A stretch of DNA of 64,000 nt, taken from assembly GCA_963749155.1 (NCBI GenBank), contig CAVVLO010000005.1, positions 128,001 through 192,000 on the forward strand, written 5' to 3'. Below are positions 43,348 to 52,218 of this stretch, one piece after another. Below the pieces are notes generated by a model. It made no database searches. It saw only the letters and a list, made by a program, of their open reading frames with translations, and was not told the origin of the DNA. Made by a program: the position numbers and the translations under genes. Positions within the stretch are counted from its first letter, which is position 1. Every line of letters begins with the position of its first letter. Source of the DNA: an uncultured Armatimonadia bacterium (lineage in GTDB: Bacteria > Armatimonadota > Zipacnadia > CAVVLO01).

Positions 43348-44530
43348 GGGCGAAAAAGCCATCACTGCCAACCTGGCGCTGCTTGCAGGAGCGGCTTTCC
43401 TGCTTTTTCTGGGCGCCGGAGCAACCCAGCAGTTCGTTGTGCCGCAACTTACCCTGGAGCGGGGTTTTTCCCCGCAAAAAGCCTCCTGGGTGCTTGGGAC
43501 ACTGTATCTCGTCTTCCCGATTGGAAGGCTTTTTTCCAGCCATATGCTCAAAGGGCTGGGTGTCTGGTTTGGGCTGGTGCTGGGCGGCCTGGGTTATGCC
43601 CAGTTTCCACTACTGGTGGCGAACGGATACCCCTTCGGCTGGCTGGTCGCCTCTGCGGGAGTCTGGGGGGCAGCGGCCGCGCTGTTCTGGGTGGCAGGCG
43701 GCGCCGAGGCGTTGCGTGTCAGCAGCGAACGCTATCGAGGCCTGGCGTCAGGGGTATTTATGGGCGCGGTCTTCACTGGGCAGGCGTCGGGAGTTGTGGG
43801 GCAAGGCTGGTTGATAACCCGGCTTGGCTCCACCTGGACCTTCGAACTTTCCTGTTTCGTGACCTTGCTTGGCTGCCTTTTGCTCGCGCTACTCCCCAGA
43901 GAGATGGGCAATTATTCTGAGCCTTCTCTGAAGCGCGCCCTGGCCTACTTCCGCAATCCAGCCTTCACTGTAGCGGCGGGGTATCAATTCGTAATGTCAC
44001 TTGGTTTGGGAGCGGTCTTCGGCTTGCTTGGAGGCGCGACAGGCGAACAGTTCGGACTTGGAGAGGTTGGCATCGCGACCGGCGCATATTATGTGACTCG
44101 CATTGCACTGGCGCCACTTGCCGGGCGGCTTTCTGACCTGCTTGGGCGCACCCGGATGATGACGCTGGCCTTCCTAATCGGGGGATTTGGGCTGGCGTGG
44201 GGCGCCTGGCAACTCACGCTGCCAGCGCTCATACTGGCGGCAATCTGCCTTGCCGTCTCGGGCACGGTCGTGCCCATCTGCGCGCTTGCCCTGGCGGGGG
44301 ATGTCGCCGCGCCTGGAGAGCGGCATCTGTCACTTTCGGCGCTCTTCGCCGCAGGCGATTTTGGTGTCGCCCTTGCGATTATCGGTGGCCAGTATATGCG
44401 GTTGCTTGCGACAAATTCCAGTTATGCCGTGCCTTTTGGCGTGTTGGCTGGGGTTATGTTGCTTACAGCCTTTGCCGCCCTTGGGGTGGAACTGCGCTCC
44501 AGACTTGCCCGGCCAGCCGAAGTTTCCTAA
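43337..44530 (+). CDS. MFS transporter (paralog of upstream gene)
   Basis: ~12 TM; GRLSDLLGR; shares QQFVVP..RGFS, ALAGDVA and GGQ motifs with the upstream MFS. Confidence 0.9.
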   Translation: MSVKGEKAITANLALLAGAAFLLFLGAGATQQFVVPQLTLERGFSPQKASWVLGTLYLVFPIGRLFSSHMLKGLGVWFGLVLGGLGYAQFPLLVANGYPFGWLVASAGVWGAAAALFWVAGGAEALRVSSERYRGLASGVFMGAVFTGQASGVVGQGWLITRLGSTWTFELSCFVTLLGCLLLALLPREMGNYSEPSLKRALAYFRNPAFTVAAGYQFVMSLGLGAVFGLLGGATGEQFGLGEVGIATGAYYVTRIALAPLAGRLSDLLGRTRMMTLAFLIGGFGLAWGAWQLTLPALILAAICLAVSGTVVPICALALAGDVAAPGERHLSLSALFAAGDFGVALAIIGGQYMRLLATNSSYAVPFGVLAGVMLLTAFAALGVELRSRLARPAEVS

Positions 44531-45504
44531 TCGTAGCCTGTGAATTCTTCGAGTAACTGCTCAAACTCGGCCAGAGATGCGAGCTGATTAAGCCTGACTC
44601 GCAGCCCCGCGCCCTGGGGCACATTGCGGGTCAGGGCGCTTGCATATTTTCTGAGGCCAAGCACCGCGCCGCGCTCACTGTCGAAATCCGCCAGGGCTCT
44701 TGCCAGCTCGAGCATGAAGGTCTTCCTGACACTGTAATCAGCCGGGCAAGGGAGCTTCTCGCCTCGAAGCAGGGCTTTGGCCTCGGAGAAGAGCCAGGGA
44801 TTCGCAAGCGCCGGCCTGCCAAGCATAATCCCAGCAAAAGGCGCTTCCTCCAGCGCGCGAACGATGGCTTCGGCCTCCCAGAAGTCGCCATTGGCAAGCA
44901 GAGGGAAGCCCTCAAATTCGCGCGCCAGAAGCGCCAGCTCTCCCTGACGGGACGGCGTCCTGTAAGTCTCTCTCGCATATCTGCCGTGCACTGTGACCGC
45001 ACAGGCACCGGCCCTGCGGGCGGCCTCGATAAGTTGCCTGGCGTCAGGTTGGCCAGGATCAGGGCCAAGTCGCAGTTTGACCGTCACAGGCAGGTTGGTC
45101 GCCTCACAGACGGCAGAGATTATCTCGCTCAGCCGGCCTGGGTCTTCGAGTAACCTGGCGCCCGCGCCAGTCCGCATTACCTTGGGCACACTGCAGCCGG
45201 CATTGATATCCAGCAGGGCAGGCCCAAACTCGGTAGCTCGCCTGGCCGCTGCCCCCATACGCTCGGGTTCGGCTCCGAAGAGCTGCAGGGCGACGGGTTG
45301 TTCTTCAGGACAGGTCTGCATCAGCTTGCTGGTGCGCTTGTCCTTGAACCATATAGCGTTGGCGCTTATCATCTCGCTGACCACAAGATCAGCGCCCAGT
45401 GGCTTTACAAGCCGGCGGAAAGGCAGATTGGTGTAACCTGCAAGTGGCGCCAGGCCGAGTACGGGAGTTTTCAGAGGGAACCTGTCGGAGGCAGATTCAG
45501 GCAA
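44527..45504 (-). CDS. dusB: tRNA-dihydrouridine synthase (DusB-like)
   Basis: LAPLAG, QLFG, DINAGC, GAGARLL, PVTVKLRLG, VHGR, ANGD, GRPALANPWLF. Confidence 0.92.
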   Translation of the reverse strand: MPESASDRFPLKTPVLGLAPLAGYTNLPFRRLVKPLGADLVVSEMISANAIWFKDKRTSKLMQTCPEEQPVALQLFGAEPERMGAAARRATEFGPALLDINAGCSVPKVMRTGAGARLLEDPGRLSEIISAVCEATNLPVTVKLRLGPDPGQPDARQLIEAARRAGACAVTVHGRYARETYRTPSRQGELALLAREFEGFPLLANGDFWEAEAIVRALEEAPFAGIMLGRPALANPWLFSEAKALLRGEKLPCPADYSVRKTFMLELARALADFDSERGAVLGLRKYASALTRNVPQGAGLRVRLNQLASLAEFEQLLEEFTGYD

Positions 45505-46261
45505 GCCGCTCCTCCAGCAGGCGGATACCCTGAAGGGTAAGGTCAGGGCGGATCAGTTGGGTATCCAGCCTGCGAGACCTGGCCGCAACAAGCTCCGCAT
45601 CGCCGCCTGTCAGCAGCACGGCAAGCGGATTGCCCAGGCGCAGTTCATATTCGTCCAGCAAGCGGTCGACAGCGCCCGCCAGGCCATAATGCAATCCCGC
45701 CTGGAGGCAGGCTCTGGTGGTATCTCCAACAGGCTGAGAGGGCACTGCTGGTTCAATATCGGGAAGTTGGGCAGTTCCCAGCTTCAAGGCCTGCAGCATC
45801 AGCCGCGCGCCTGGAAGGATTGCCCCTCCAACGAATTCTTCTGCTGCATCGAGAAGGTCAATTGTAATCGCCGTACCCGCGTCCACCACAGCAAGGGGAC
45901 ACTGAACCTCGGCCTTAGCCGCGACCAGATTAACAATCCTGTCCAGTCCGACCGATTCGGGAGGATTGTATCGGAGTACCAGGCCTGTTGAGGAATGGGA
46001 GATAATCCGGGGCACAGGCAGACCGAGTAGCGGCTGAAGGTCCATCAGCCGAAGGGCAAAGGCAGGCACTACGCTGCAAACCGCAACCTGTTTGATTGAT
46101 TCCAGATGAATGCCAAGCCGCTCTCGCAACTCGTCAGAAGATTGCTGGATCGGCCCATCGAGCAGGCAAGGCAAAGGCACAGCCCAGCGCTCCAGCAGCA
46201 CCGCGCCCTCGAACAAACCCAAACTGACTCGAGTATTACCGACATTCAACGCAAGCAACAT
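45497..46261 (-). CDS. coaX: type III pantothenate kinase
   Basis: NVGNT, VGLDR, VVDAGTAITID, GGAILPG, TAQLP, LTGGDA. Confidence 0.93.
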   Translation of the reverse strand: MLLALNVGNTRVSLGLFEGAVLLERWAVPLPCLLDGPIQQSSDELRERLGIHLESIKQVAVCSVVPAFALRLMDLQPLLGLPVPRIISHSSTGLVLRYNPPESVGLDRIVNLVAAKAEVQCPLAVVDAGTAITIDLLDAAEEFVGGAILPGARLMLQALKLGTAQLPDIEPAVPSQPVGDTTRACLQAGLHYGLAGAVDRLLDEYELRLGNPLAVLLTGGDAELVAARSRRLDTQLIRPDLTLQGIRLLEERLA

Positions 46262-46273
46262 AGGTTGGCAACC

Positions 46274-46302
46274 AAAGAGCGCGTGCCTCGAAAGGCACGC
46301 GC
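46274..46302 (-). terminator. hairpin/terminator downstream of the response regulator
   Basis: Minus strand GCGCGTGCCT-TTCG-AGGCACGCGC then TCTTT. Confidence 0.65.
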
Positions 46303-46342
46303 CCAGGTGATGTTTTTCAGATCGACGCGACCCTCACGGGCC

Positions 46343-47068
46343 TTACTCGGTTTCTTCTGCGCCTTCGCCATACGGCGCCAAAAACTTGTAACCGATTGTC
46401 TGGACGGTTGCGATTAGCTTCGGATCGGCGGCATCCTCTTCGACCTTGGTACGCAGATAACGTATGTGGACGGTCAGGGTACGGTCGTCAGCGTCGGTGG
46501 GCATATTCCACACCTGGCGCAAGATTTCCTGACGGGTTACTGCTTTGCCCGCATTGGCCATCAGCAGGTAAAGCAGATTGAATTCTTTGGCGGTCAGGTG
46601 GATTTGCTCGTCCCGGACGAATACTTCGCGCTTCTCCGGTTCGATTCGAATATTATGCAGCTCGATGGGAGGCGATTTTGGGGTGACAAGTGACTTGTTA
46701 TATTCAACAGCGCGCCTGAGATGCGCTCTCACGCGCGCGCACAGCTCTTCGGCGGTCACTGGTTTGGTCACATAATCATCGGCGCCAGCATCCAGGCCAA
46801 CGACTTTCGCAGTAGGCGAGGTGGTGCTGCTCAGCATTATAATTGGCCCGCTGAGTTCCTCGCGCAGGATGCGGCAAACCTCAAATCCGCTGACATCGGG
46901 CAGCACCAGATCCAGAATAATTGCATCTGGCTGCTCGGCTCTGGCTACAGTGATCCCGCTAACGCCATCTTCACAAGTTAGTATCTCGAAACCTTGATCT
47001 GAAAGCTGCTCGCGTACCTGTTCCAGCAGCTCGATATCATCATCAATAACAAGCACTTTGCTGGTCAT
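46343..47068 (-). CDS. OmpR/PhoB-family response regulator
   Basis: VIDDD, ILDLVLP, GADDYVTKP; winged helix LTAKEF, RTLTVHIRYLRTK, TVQTIGY. Confidence 0.95.
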   Translation of the reverse strand: MTSKVLVIDDDIELLEQVREQLSDQGFEILTCEDGVSGITVARAEQPDAIILDLVLPDVSGFEVCRILREELSGPIIMLSSTTSPTAKVVGLDAGADDYVTKPVTAEELCARVRAHLRRAVEYNKSLVTPKSPPIELHNIRIEPEKREVFVRDEQIHLTAKEFNLLYLLMANAGKAVTRQEILRQVWNMPTDADDRTLTVHIRYLRTKVEEDAADPKLIATVQTIGYKFLAPYGEGAEETE

Positions 47069-47104
47069 CTGTATCGCCTCATCAAGTTGCCTGGCAATCG
47101 TGTA

Positions 47105-47149
47105 ACACTAATAGTGTAATTATATAGCACAAAGACCACTTTAACGCAA
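47105..47149 (-). promoter_or_regulatory. putative promoter and operator of the response regulator
   Basis: Minus strand TTGCGT-N17-TATATAAT, followed by the palindrome ACACTA-N-TAGTGT (47105-47117). Confidence 0.5.
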
Positions 47150-47186
47150 CGCTAAGGAGACTTAAGATTGGGCAAAGTCGAAGGTT

Positions 47187-48188
47187 TTACTTGAGACTCG
47201 CAAGGACCTGTTTGAGGAGTTCAGGGGAGAAGTCGCCAGCAACGAGGACTTCGGTCTGTCCAATTACGCTCTTGTACATCGTAGCGCCAGCAAGCGGCAA
47301 GCCAGTCCCGTCGGGAAGTGGCGCGAAGGCACCAGCGCTGCCACCTTTGGGACGCTCGAAAAGACTAATCACGCCCAGGCCGTCCGTATACCTGAGCCAG
47401 GCCACCCGGGTACCGGGCAGATTAAGTATGCTGCCGGATTCAAACTGAAATCCTTTGGGGGTGGGGGAAGGTTTCAGCAATTTGAACTGGGCCAGTTTTT
47501 CGAGCCGGTCTAACGAATCAACATTAAGAGGAGCAGGTCGCCAGACCAAAGCCGTGCCCGGAGGCGGGACGAACTGGAAAAGCTGTTGGGGCGCCCCGGC
47601 AGGGAAGCGCAGATCCTCGATGCTCGTCTCGATGACGGAGCCGTGACCCAAATCCACGCGTCGCTTAAGCTCGACAAGCCGCTCGGTCTCAAGCCACAGT
47701 GTCCGCACCGGGTAGCTGTAGTTTTTCGGTTTTACGGTTATCTCGACGCAGGGTCGTCCAAATAATACTCCATCGGCTCCGCGCACGAATTCGAAGTTCC
47801 GCAGCAGCAAGTTCCTGTTCTTGATGATTTCTGGCCGCGCCCAGCGATAAGGGCCAGTCTCTCCCTTGGAAAGCAGTACCAGCCTGCGCTGCGGCACAAA
47901 GTGAGATTGCTGCTCGCCATCGCAGACCAGAAGTTGACCGGCCAGACCGCGTGGTTCGAGGAACTCGCTTCGGTATCTGTGACCTGGCGCTCTGACAATC
48001 CGCGCCACTACCTGCTGCCGATCGCCCCCTCGCACCACAGTAGTCCGCTCCAGGCCCATATAAAGCTGGGTCTGCTCGCTCTGGATGAGCCTGTCGAGCC
48101 AGTGGACATCCGCCAGGGCCAGCCCTGTCAGTGCAAGCAGCGCGGCCAGCAGAATCCAAATCAAATTATAGGGGGTTGCCCTGGTCAT
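47187..48188 (-). CDS. RseB/MucB-like (LolA-fold) exported regulator
   Basis: Signal peptide; LWLETE, FQFVPPPG, P...PKGF, LRYTDGLGVISLFE, VAGD; third gene of a sigma/anti-sigma operon. Confidence 0.8.
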   Translation of the reverse strand: MTRATPYNLIWILLAALLALTGLALADVHWLDRLIQSEQTQLYMGLERTTVVRGGDRQQVVARIVRAPGHRYRSEFLEPRGLAGQLLVCDGEQQSHFVPQRRLVLLSKGETGPYRWARPEIIKNRNLLLRNFEFVRGADGVLFGRPCVEITVKPKNYSYPVRTLWLETERLVELKRRVDLGHGSVIETSIEDLRFPAGAPQQLFQFVPPPGTALVWRPAPLNVDSLDRLEKLAQFKLLKPSPTPKGFQFESGSILNLPGTRVAWLRYTDGLGVISLFERPKGGSAGAFAPLPDGTGLPLAGATMYKSVIGQTEVLVAGDFSPELLKQVLASLK

Positions 48189-48198
48189 CTTGTCAGCT

Positions 48199-48731
48199 CT
48201 AGTTTTGGCCTTGTTCGAAGACTACCGGTTCGGTCACGTACTCCGCGCTGAAAGGCAGCCCAGCCAGGTCGACACTATAATACTGATGATTGTTGAGACA
48301 AACGGCTGTAAGCTCCTGACCGCTTGCGGACAATCATCTGCGATAGTCTGTCCGCCAGGCATTATCTGCGGTGCTTGCTGGTTGCCTGCAAGGTTAATCC
48401 AGAGGGAAACAGCCAGCACCAAAACTAGTCCAGCCGCGAAGACAGGCGCAAACCGACTGTGACGAAATCCGCGGATCCACTCAAGCAAACCTGGGCGCTG
48501 CTGCATAGTGCCAAGCAAGGCCAGCTCGCGCTTGACCGCGAGGTGGAGGTCAGGTTTGGCGGTCTCAACAGGCAGCGAAGCCACCAAATCTACAGTGCGC
48601 TCAAGCCGCATCAACTCGACGTTGCAGGCAGGGCACTCTTCAAGGTGCTTTTCCATCAGCGCCTGCAGCCGGGGCGAGAGTTCGCCATCCAGGTAGTGAG
48701 AAAGTAAAGCTTTGATTTCTGTGCAGTTCAT
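48199..48731 (-). CDS. zf-HC2 membrane anti-sigma factor (RseA/RsiW-like); probable -1 indel near 48330
   Basis: MNCTEIKALLSHYLDGEL..HLEECPAC; TM; the alternative frame gives ...ELTAVCLNNHQYY...EQGQN*, ending 10 nt before the next gene. Confidence 0.85.
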
Positions 48732-48732
48732 C

Positions 48733-49314
48733 TTATTCACCAGCGTAAACATAGGAGCGCAGTGTGGTCTTGAGCTGTTCGCGCGCATTGTGGATGCGTG
48801 ATTTGACCGTACCCAGCGGGACACCAATTACCTCGGCTATCTCGCTGTATTGCAGTCCCTGCAAATCGTGCAAAACTAATACTGCGCGCAATTTGGGCGG
48901 AAGCTGCAGGATAGCCTTCCGCACCTCGCGTTGCAGTTCCCAGGCGGTAAGCTGGGACAGCGGCTCACCGTCTGCTTCAAGCGTATCTACGAGCGCGCGG
49001 CCTTCTTCAGGCTCGGCGTCAATAGAAAGAGGCGCCGGAACCCTTTGCTGCTTGCGCGCGGCATCAATGCAATGGTTGGTGGCAATCCTGTATAACCAGG
49101 TCTTGAAACTGGAGTTGCCCTTGAAACTGCCCAGCTTGGTGAAAGCTTTGACCAAAGCTTCCTGAGCGACATCATTGGCATCATCAGAGGAGCCACAGAA
49201 CTTCGCAATATAGTTGACCAACTCGTCCTGATAACGACGCGCAAGTTCGGCAAAGGCTTCCAGATCGCCTCTGCGCGCCAGTTGCACCAGTTCCAGTTCA
49301 GTCTCGAGTCTCAA
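48733..49314 (-). CDS. ECF sigma factor (RpoE/SigW-like)
   Basis: GDLEAFAEL, DVAQEALVKA, SSFKTWLYRIATN, GLQYSEIA, GTVKSRIHNAR. Confidence 0.95.
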   Translation of the reverse strand: MRLETELELVQLARRGDLEAFAELARRYQDELVNYIAKFCGSSDDANDVAQEALVKAFTKLGSFKGNSSFKTWLYRIATNHCIDAARKQQRVPAPLSIDAEPEEGRALVDTLEADGEPLSQLTAWELQREVRKAILQLPPKLRAVLVLHDLQGLQYSEIAEVIGVPLGTVKSRIHNAREQLKTTLRSYVYAGE

Positions 49315-49343
49315 GTAGCCCTCTCTCCTTGCCTGTTATCCTG

Positions 49344-49372
49344 ATAGACGCCCATTCTTCCAATTGGGTTCA
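49344..49372 (-). promoter_or_regulatory. putative autoregulatory ECF promoter
   Basis: Minus strand TGAACC-N16-CGTCTA, ~30 nt upstream of the sigma start; matches the SigW/SigX-type consensus TGAAAC-N16-CGT. Confidence 0.75.
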
Positions 49373-49509
49373 GCTTTTCGGCATTTTACTTGATGAAGAA
49401 GACTGCGTCGAAAGGAGTTCCGCCGGGAAGGCCGAATTACCTGAGTAACTTTGCTTGTTAGACAAAACAAGGTCACAGCCTTAAGCATATAATCGGAGGA
49501 GGAGTGGTA

Positions 49510-50403
49510 ATGAATTGGGTCATATGGGGAGTAGTCCTGTTCTTCCTGTTGCTTGGGACGCTCTTTACAGTAGCGCAGCAGACTGCCGCAATAGTGCAGC
49601 GGTTTGGGCGTTTCCGCAAGGTATGCACGCCAGGCCTTAACATCAAGGTGCCTATCATAGACAGCATAGCAGGACGAATCAGCCTGCGCGTACAGCAACT
49701 GGACGTCAGAGTCGAGACGAAGACCCAGGACAACGTTTTCGTGCATGTGGTCGTGTCAGTTCAGTATTTTGTAGAGTCGTCCAGGGTATTCGAGGCTTTC
49801 TACAAACTGGATGATCCGGCCAGGCAGATTACCGCTTTCGTCTTCGATGTCGTGCGCGCGCGCGTCCCGACAATGATCCTCGATGATGTCTTCGAGAAGA
49901 AAGACGAAGTCGCCGACGCCGTGAAGAACGAACTCGCCACCGTGATGAGCGACTTTGGTTATGGCATCCTGAAGGCCCTGGTCACCGACATCGAGCCGGA
50001 CGCGAAAGTGAAGGACTCGATGAACGAGATCAACGCCGCCCAGCGGTTGCGTGTTGCCGCCAATGAAAAGGGCGAAGCCGAGAAGATCCTGAGAGTGAAG
50101 TCGGCCGAGGCCGAAGCACAGAGCAAGGCGCTGCAAGGCCAGGGTATCGCCGACCAGCGCAAGGCCATCGTGAACGGCCTGCGCGAATCGGTCCAGGATT
50201 TCCAGGGGGGCGTGCCTGGCGCCACGGCGCACGATGTAATGCAACTCGTGCTGCTGACGCAGTATTTTGACACCATCAAGGAAGTCGGTGGCTCGGACAA
50301 GGCAACAACCATCTTGCTGCCGCACTCGCCAGGCGGTTTGGCCGATATTGCCAACCAGTTGCGCGATGCTATGATCGCTGCCAACCAGGTGCCAAACAAG
50401 TAA
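49510..50403 (+). CDS. SPFH/band 7 domain protein
   Basis: N-terminal TM, RFGRF...PGL, ETKTQDNVFV, FDVVRA, MNEINAAQRLR, TQYFDT; strong GGAGG RBS. Confidence 0.95.
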   Translation: MNWVIWGVVLFFLLLGTLFTVAQQTAAIVQRFGRFRKVCTPGLNIKVPIIDSIAGRISLRVQQLDVRVETKTQDNVFVHVVVSVQYFVESSRVFEAFYKLDDPARQITAFVFDVVRARVPTMILDDVFEKKDEVADAVKNELATVMSDFGYGILKALVTDIEPDAKVKDSMNEINAAQRLRVAANEKGEAEKILRVKSAEAEAQSKALQGQGIADQRKAIVNGLRESVQDFQGGVPGATAHDVMQLVLLTQYFDTIKEVGGSDKATTILLPHSPGGLADIANQLRDAMIAANQVPNK

Positions 50404-50440
50404 CAGGCAAGCGAGCCGGAAGACAGATCTGTGGGGCGCG

Positions 50441-52138
50441 TCAGTTGCTGGCGCGCCCTTCTTTATGCGCCTCAAGCCAGAGCGCTCTGAACTCCGGAAG
50501 GGTTACCGGCACGTATTCGTCTCCCAGCGCATCGAGGACAGCCTGGATCTCCGTCGGCTTATAGGCCCAGGAAAGCGCCATCACGCTGAGGAAGGCCGGC
50601 CTGTCGGTTGGTGTATGCGCGCGGATGTCCTCTACCAGCCAGTTGATGGTCTCGTCCCTTGACTTCGAACCATAGTCAGGATCCCAGCGCGTCCGAAGGT
50701 GGGTCACGAACACATCCCCAGCCCCGAGCAGGTAGTTGGCTTCCGCCTCGGTTGGTTCGCCATCGCGGCCCATCCCCATAACCAGAGTGTCGACTTCAGG
50801 CAGCCCTTCGATAAAACGCAAGGTAGTTGCGTCTTCTATCTGCCGGTCGAAGGGTCTCCAGGCGTTGGTGTAGAGGCCAAGACCTGTCCAGCCAAGTCGC
50901 TTGAGCGTAGCGCGCGTCAGGGCAAGATAATTGCTCCAGCCCTGTTCAGGGTCGTCCAGCTTGCTCATAAAGTCGCGATAGGGGTGGGTGTAGGCATAAC
51001 CTGAGATGGCCCCATAGAGATAATCGTTGGGGGTAGCGATCTCGAGGAAATATTCCATCACCGGGGGCATCAGATCGAACGCCACGAGGCCCTGGCTCCA
51101 GTTTATTGGGAAGGCGCCCCGGGCAGGATCGTCCCACCATTGGCGCTGCAGACGATAAAGGTACATCGGCGAGTCGCCGGATTCGACCTGTTCGACGGCG
51201 AGATAGACCTTCGAGGGGTCATAAGCCGGTGGGGTGCGCTGCTTCAGCCGCTGCTGGCAGGCTTCGGCGGCGCCTTCGAGGTCGCAATGATTCCCGCAGA
51301 GTACGGAGAGATTGTCAACCAGTCAGACACGACCGTGTACTTTGCCATACTCCCCCGCGAGCCCAACACCCGAGTATTCGTTGAGACCAGGTCCAGGCCA
51401 GAGTACCAGAAACCAAGCACGGGGATATTGGCGGGAGAGGCCGCAAGCAGTTTTTCGGCGAAGACCCGTTCGGCCTCGATGTTGGAAGTCGACGCCGTCC
51501 TCCGGCCTCCGTGGCGGTTACCCAGAAGCAGAAACACGTGTTGCTGGACGAGGTAGTCGCGCAGCAAATGGACGACAGGCACTTGGGTGGTAGCAGGCAA
51601 GCACCTGAGGTGACAGGCGGGGCCAGAGGGTCTCGATAAATGCCCACTCATAGGCTTCGACGTTAGACTTCCAGCGACCTCGCAGGTCGATAAGTGTTTT
51701 GCCCTGGGCAAATCGTTCGAGGTCAACTGGGGCGACAACGGGGGCTTCTTCAAGGCCTGCAATCATCGTTGCGATGTTGATTGAAGCCGGTAGAGCGGGA
51801 TCATAGACCACCACTTGGTCGAAGTCGGGCAGATGCCTCTCCAGGAACTGGGCAAGAGTCAGAGCCTCGTGACTCTTCACATAGCCCTTCTCCTCAAAAC
51901 GCGCCAACCAGAAGTCATCCTCGGCGCCTCTGCGGACGAAGACGTGAGTCGCTTCTCCCCGGTTTAGCAGCCCCTGCAAGGTCGTCGCTGTGAACGCCTC
52001 ATCCAGGCTTGAGCCGACCAGGTCGACATATTCCAGACTGGCCGCGGGAGGTGGACAGGGCGGGAAGGGCGATTGGGCAAGGGCGGGCAAGCCTGACAAG
52101 CTTACGAGTAACAGGACAGCAAACAGGATTTCTACCAT
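50441..52138 (-). CDS. secreted GxGYxYP-family putative glycoside hydrolase; several indels between ~51150 and ~51620 (error or pseudogene)
   Basis: Signal peptide; TLQGLLNR, VVYDP, ATMIAG, LRDY, PVLGFW, RGAFPINW, ISGYAYTHP spread over several frames. Confidence 0.72.
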
Positions 52139-52152
52139 AGACTTCTCCAAAT

Positions 52153-52184
52153 AAAAAAGACTGGGCCGCTTTCACGACCCAGTC
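52153..52184 (-). terminator. intrinsic terminator of the lipoprotein gene
   Basis: Minus strand GACTGGGTCG-TGAAAG-CGGCCCAGTC-TTTTTT. Confidence 0.75.
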
Positions 52185-52218
52185 CGGAGTTCCCTTCCAG
52201 TTGCCTTATCCCTGCCGG

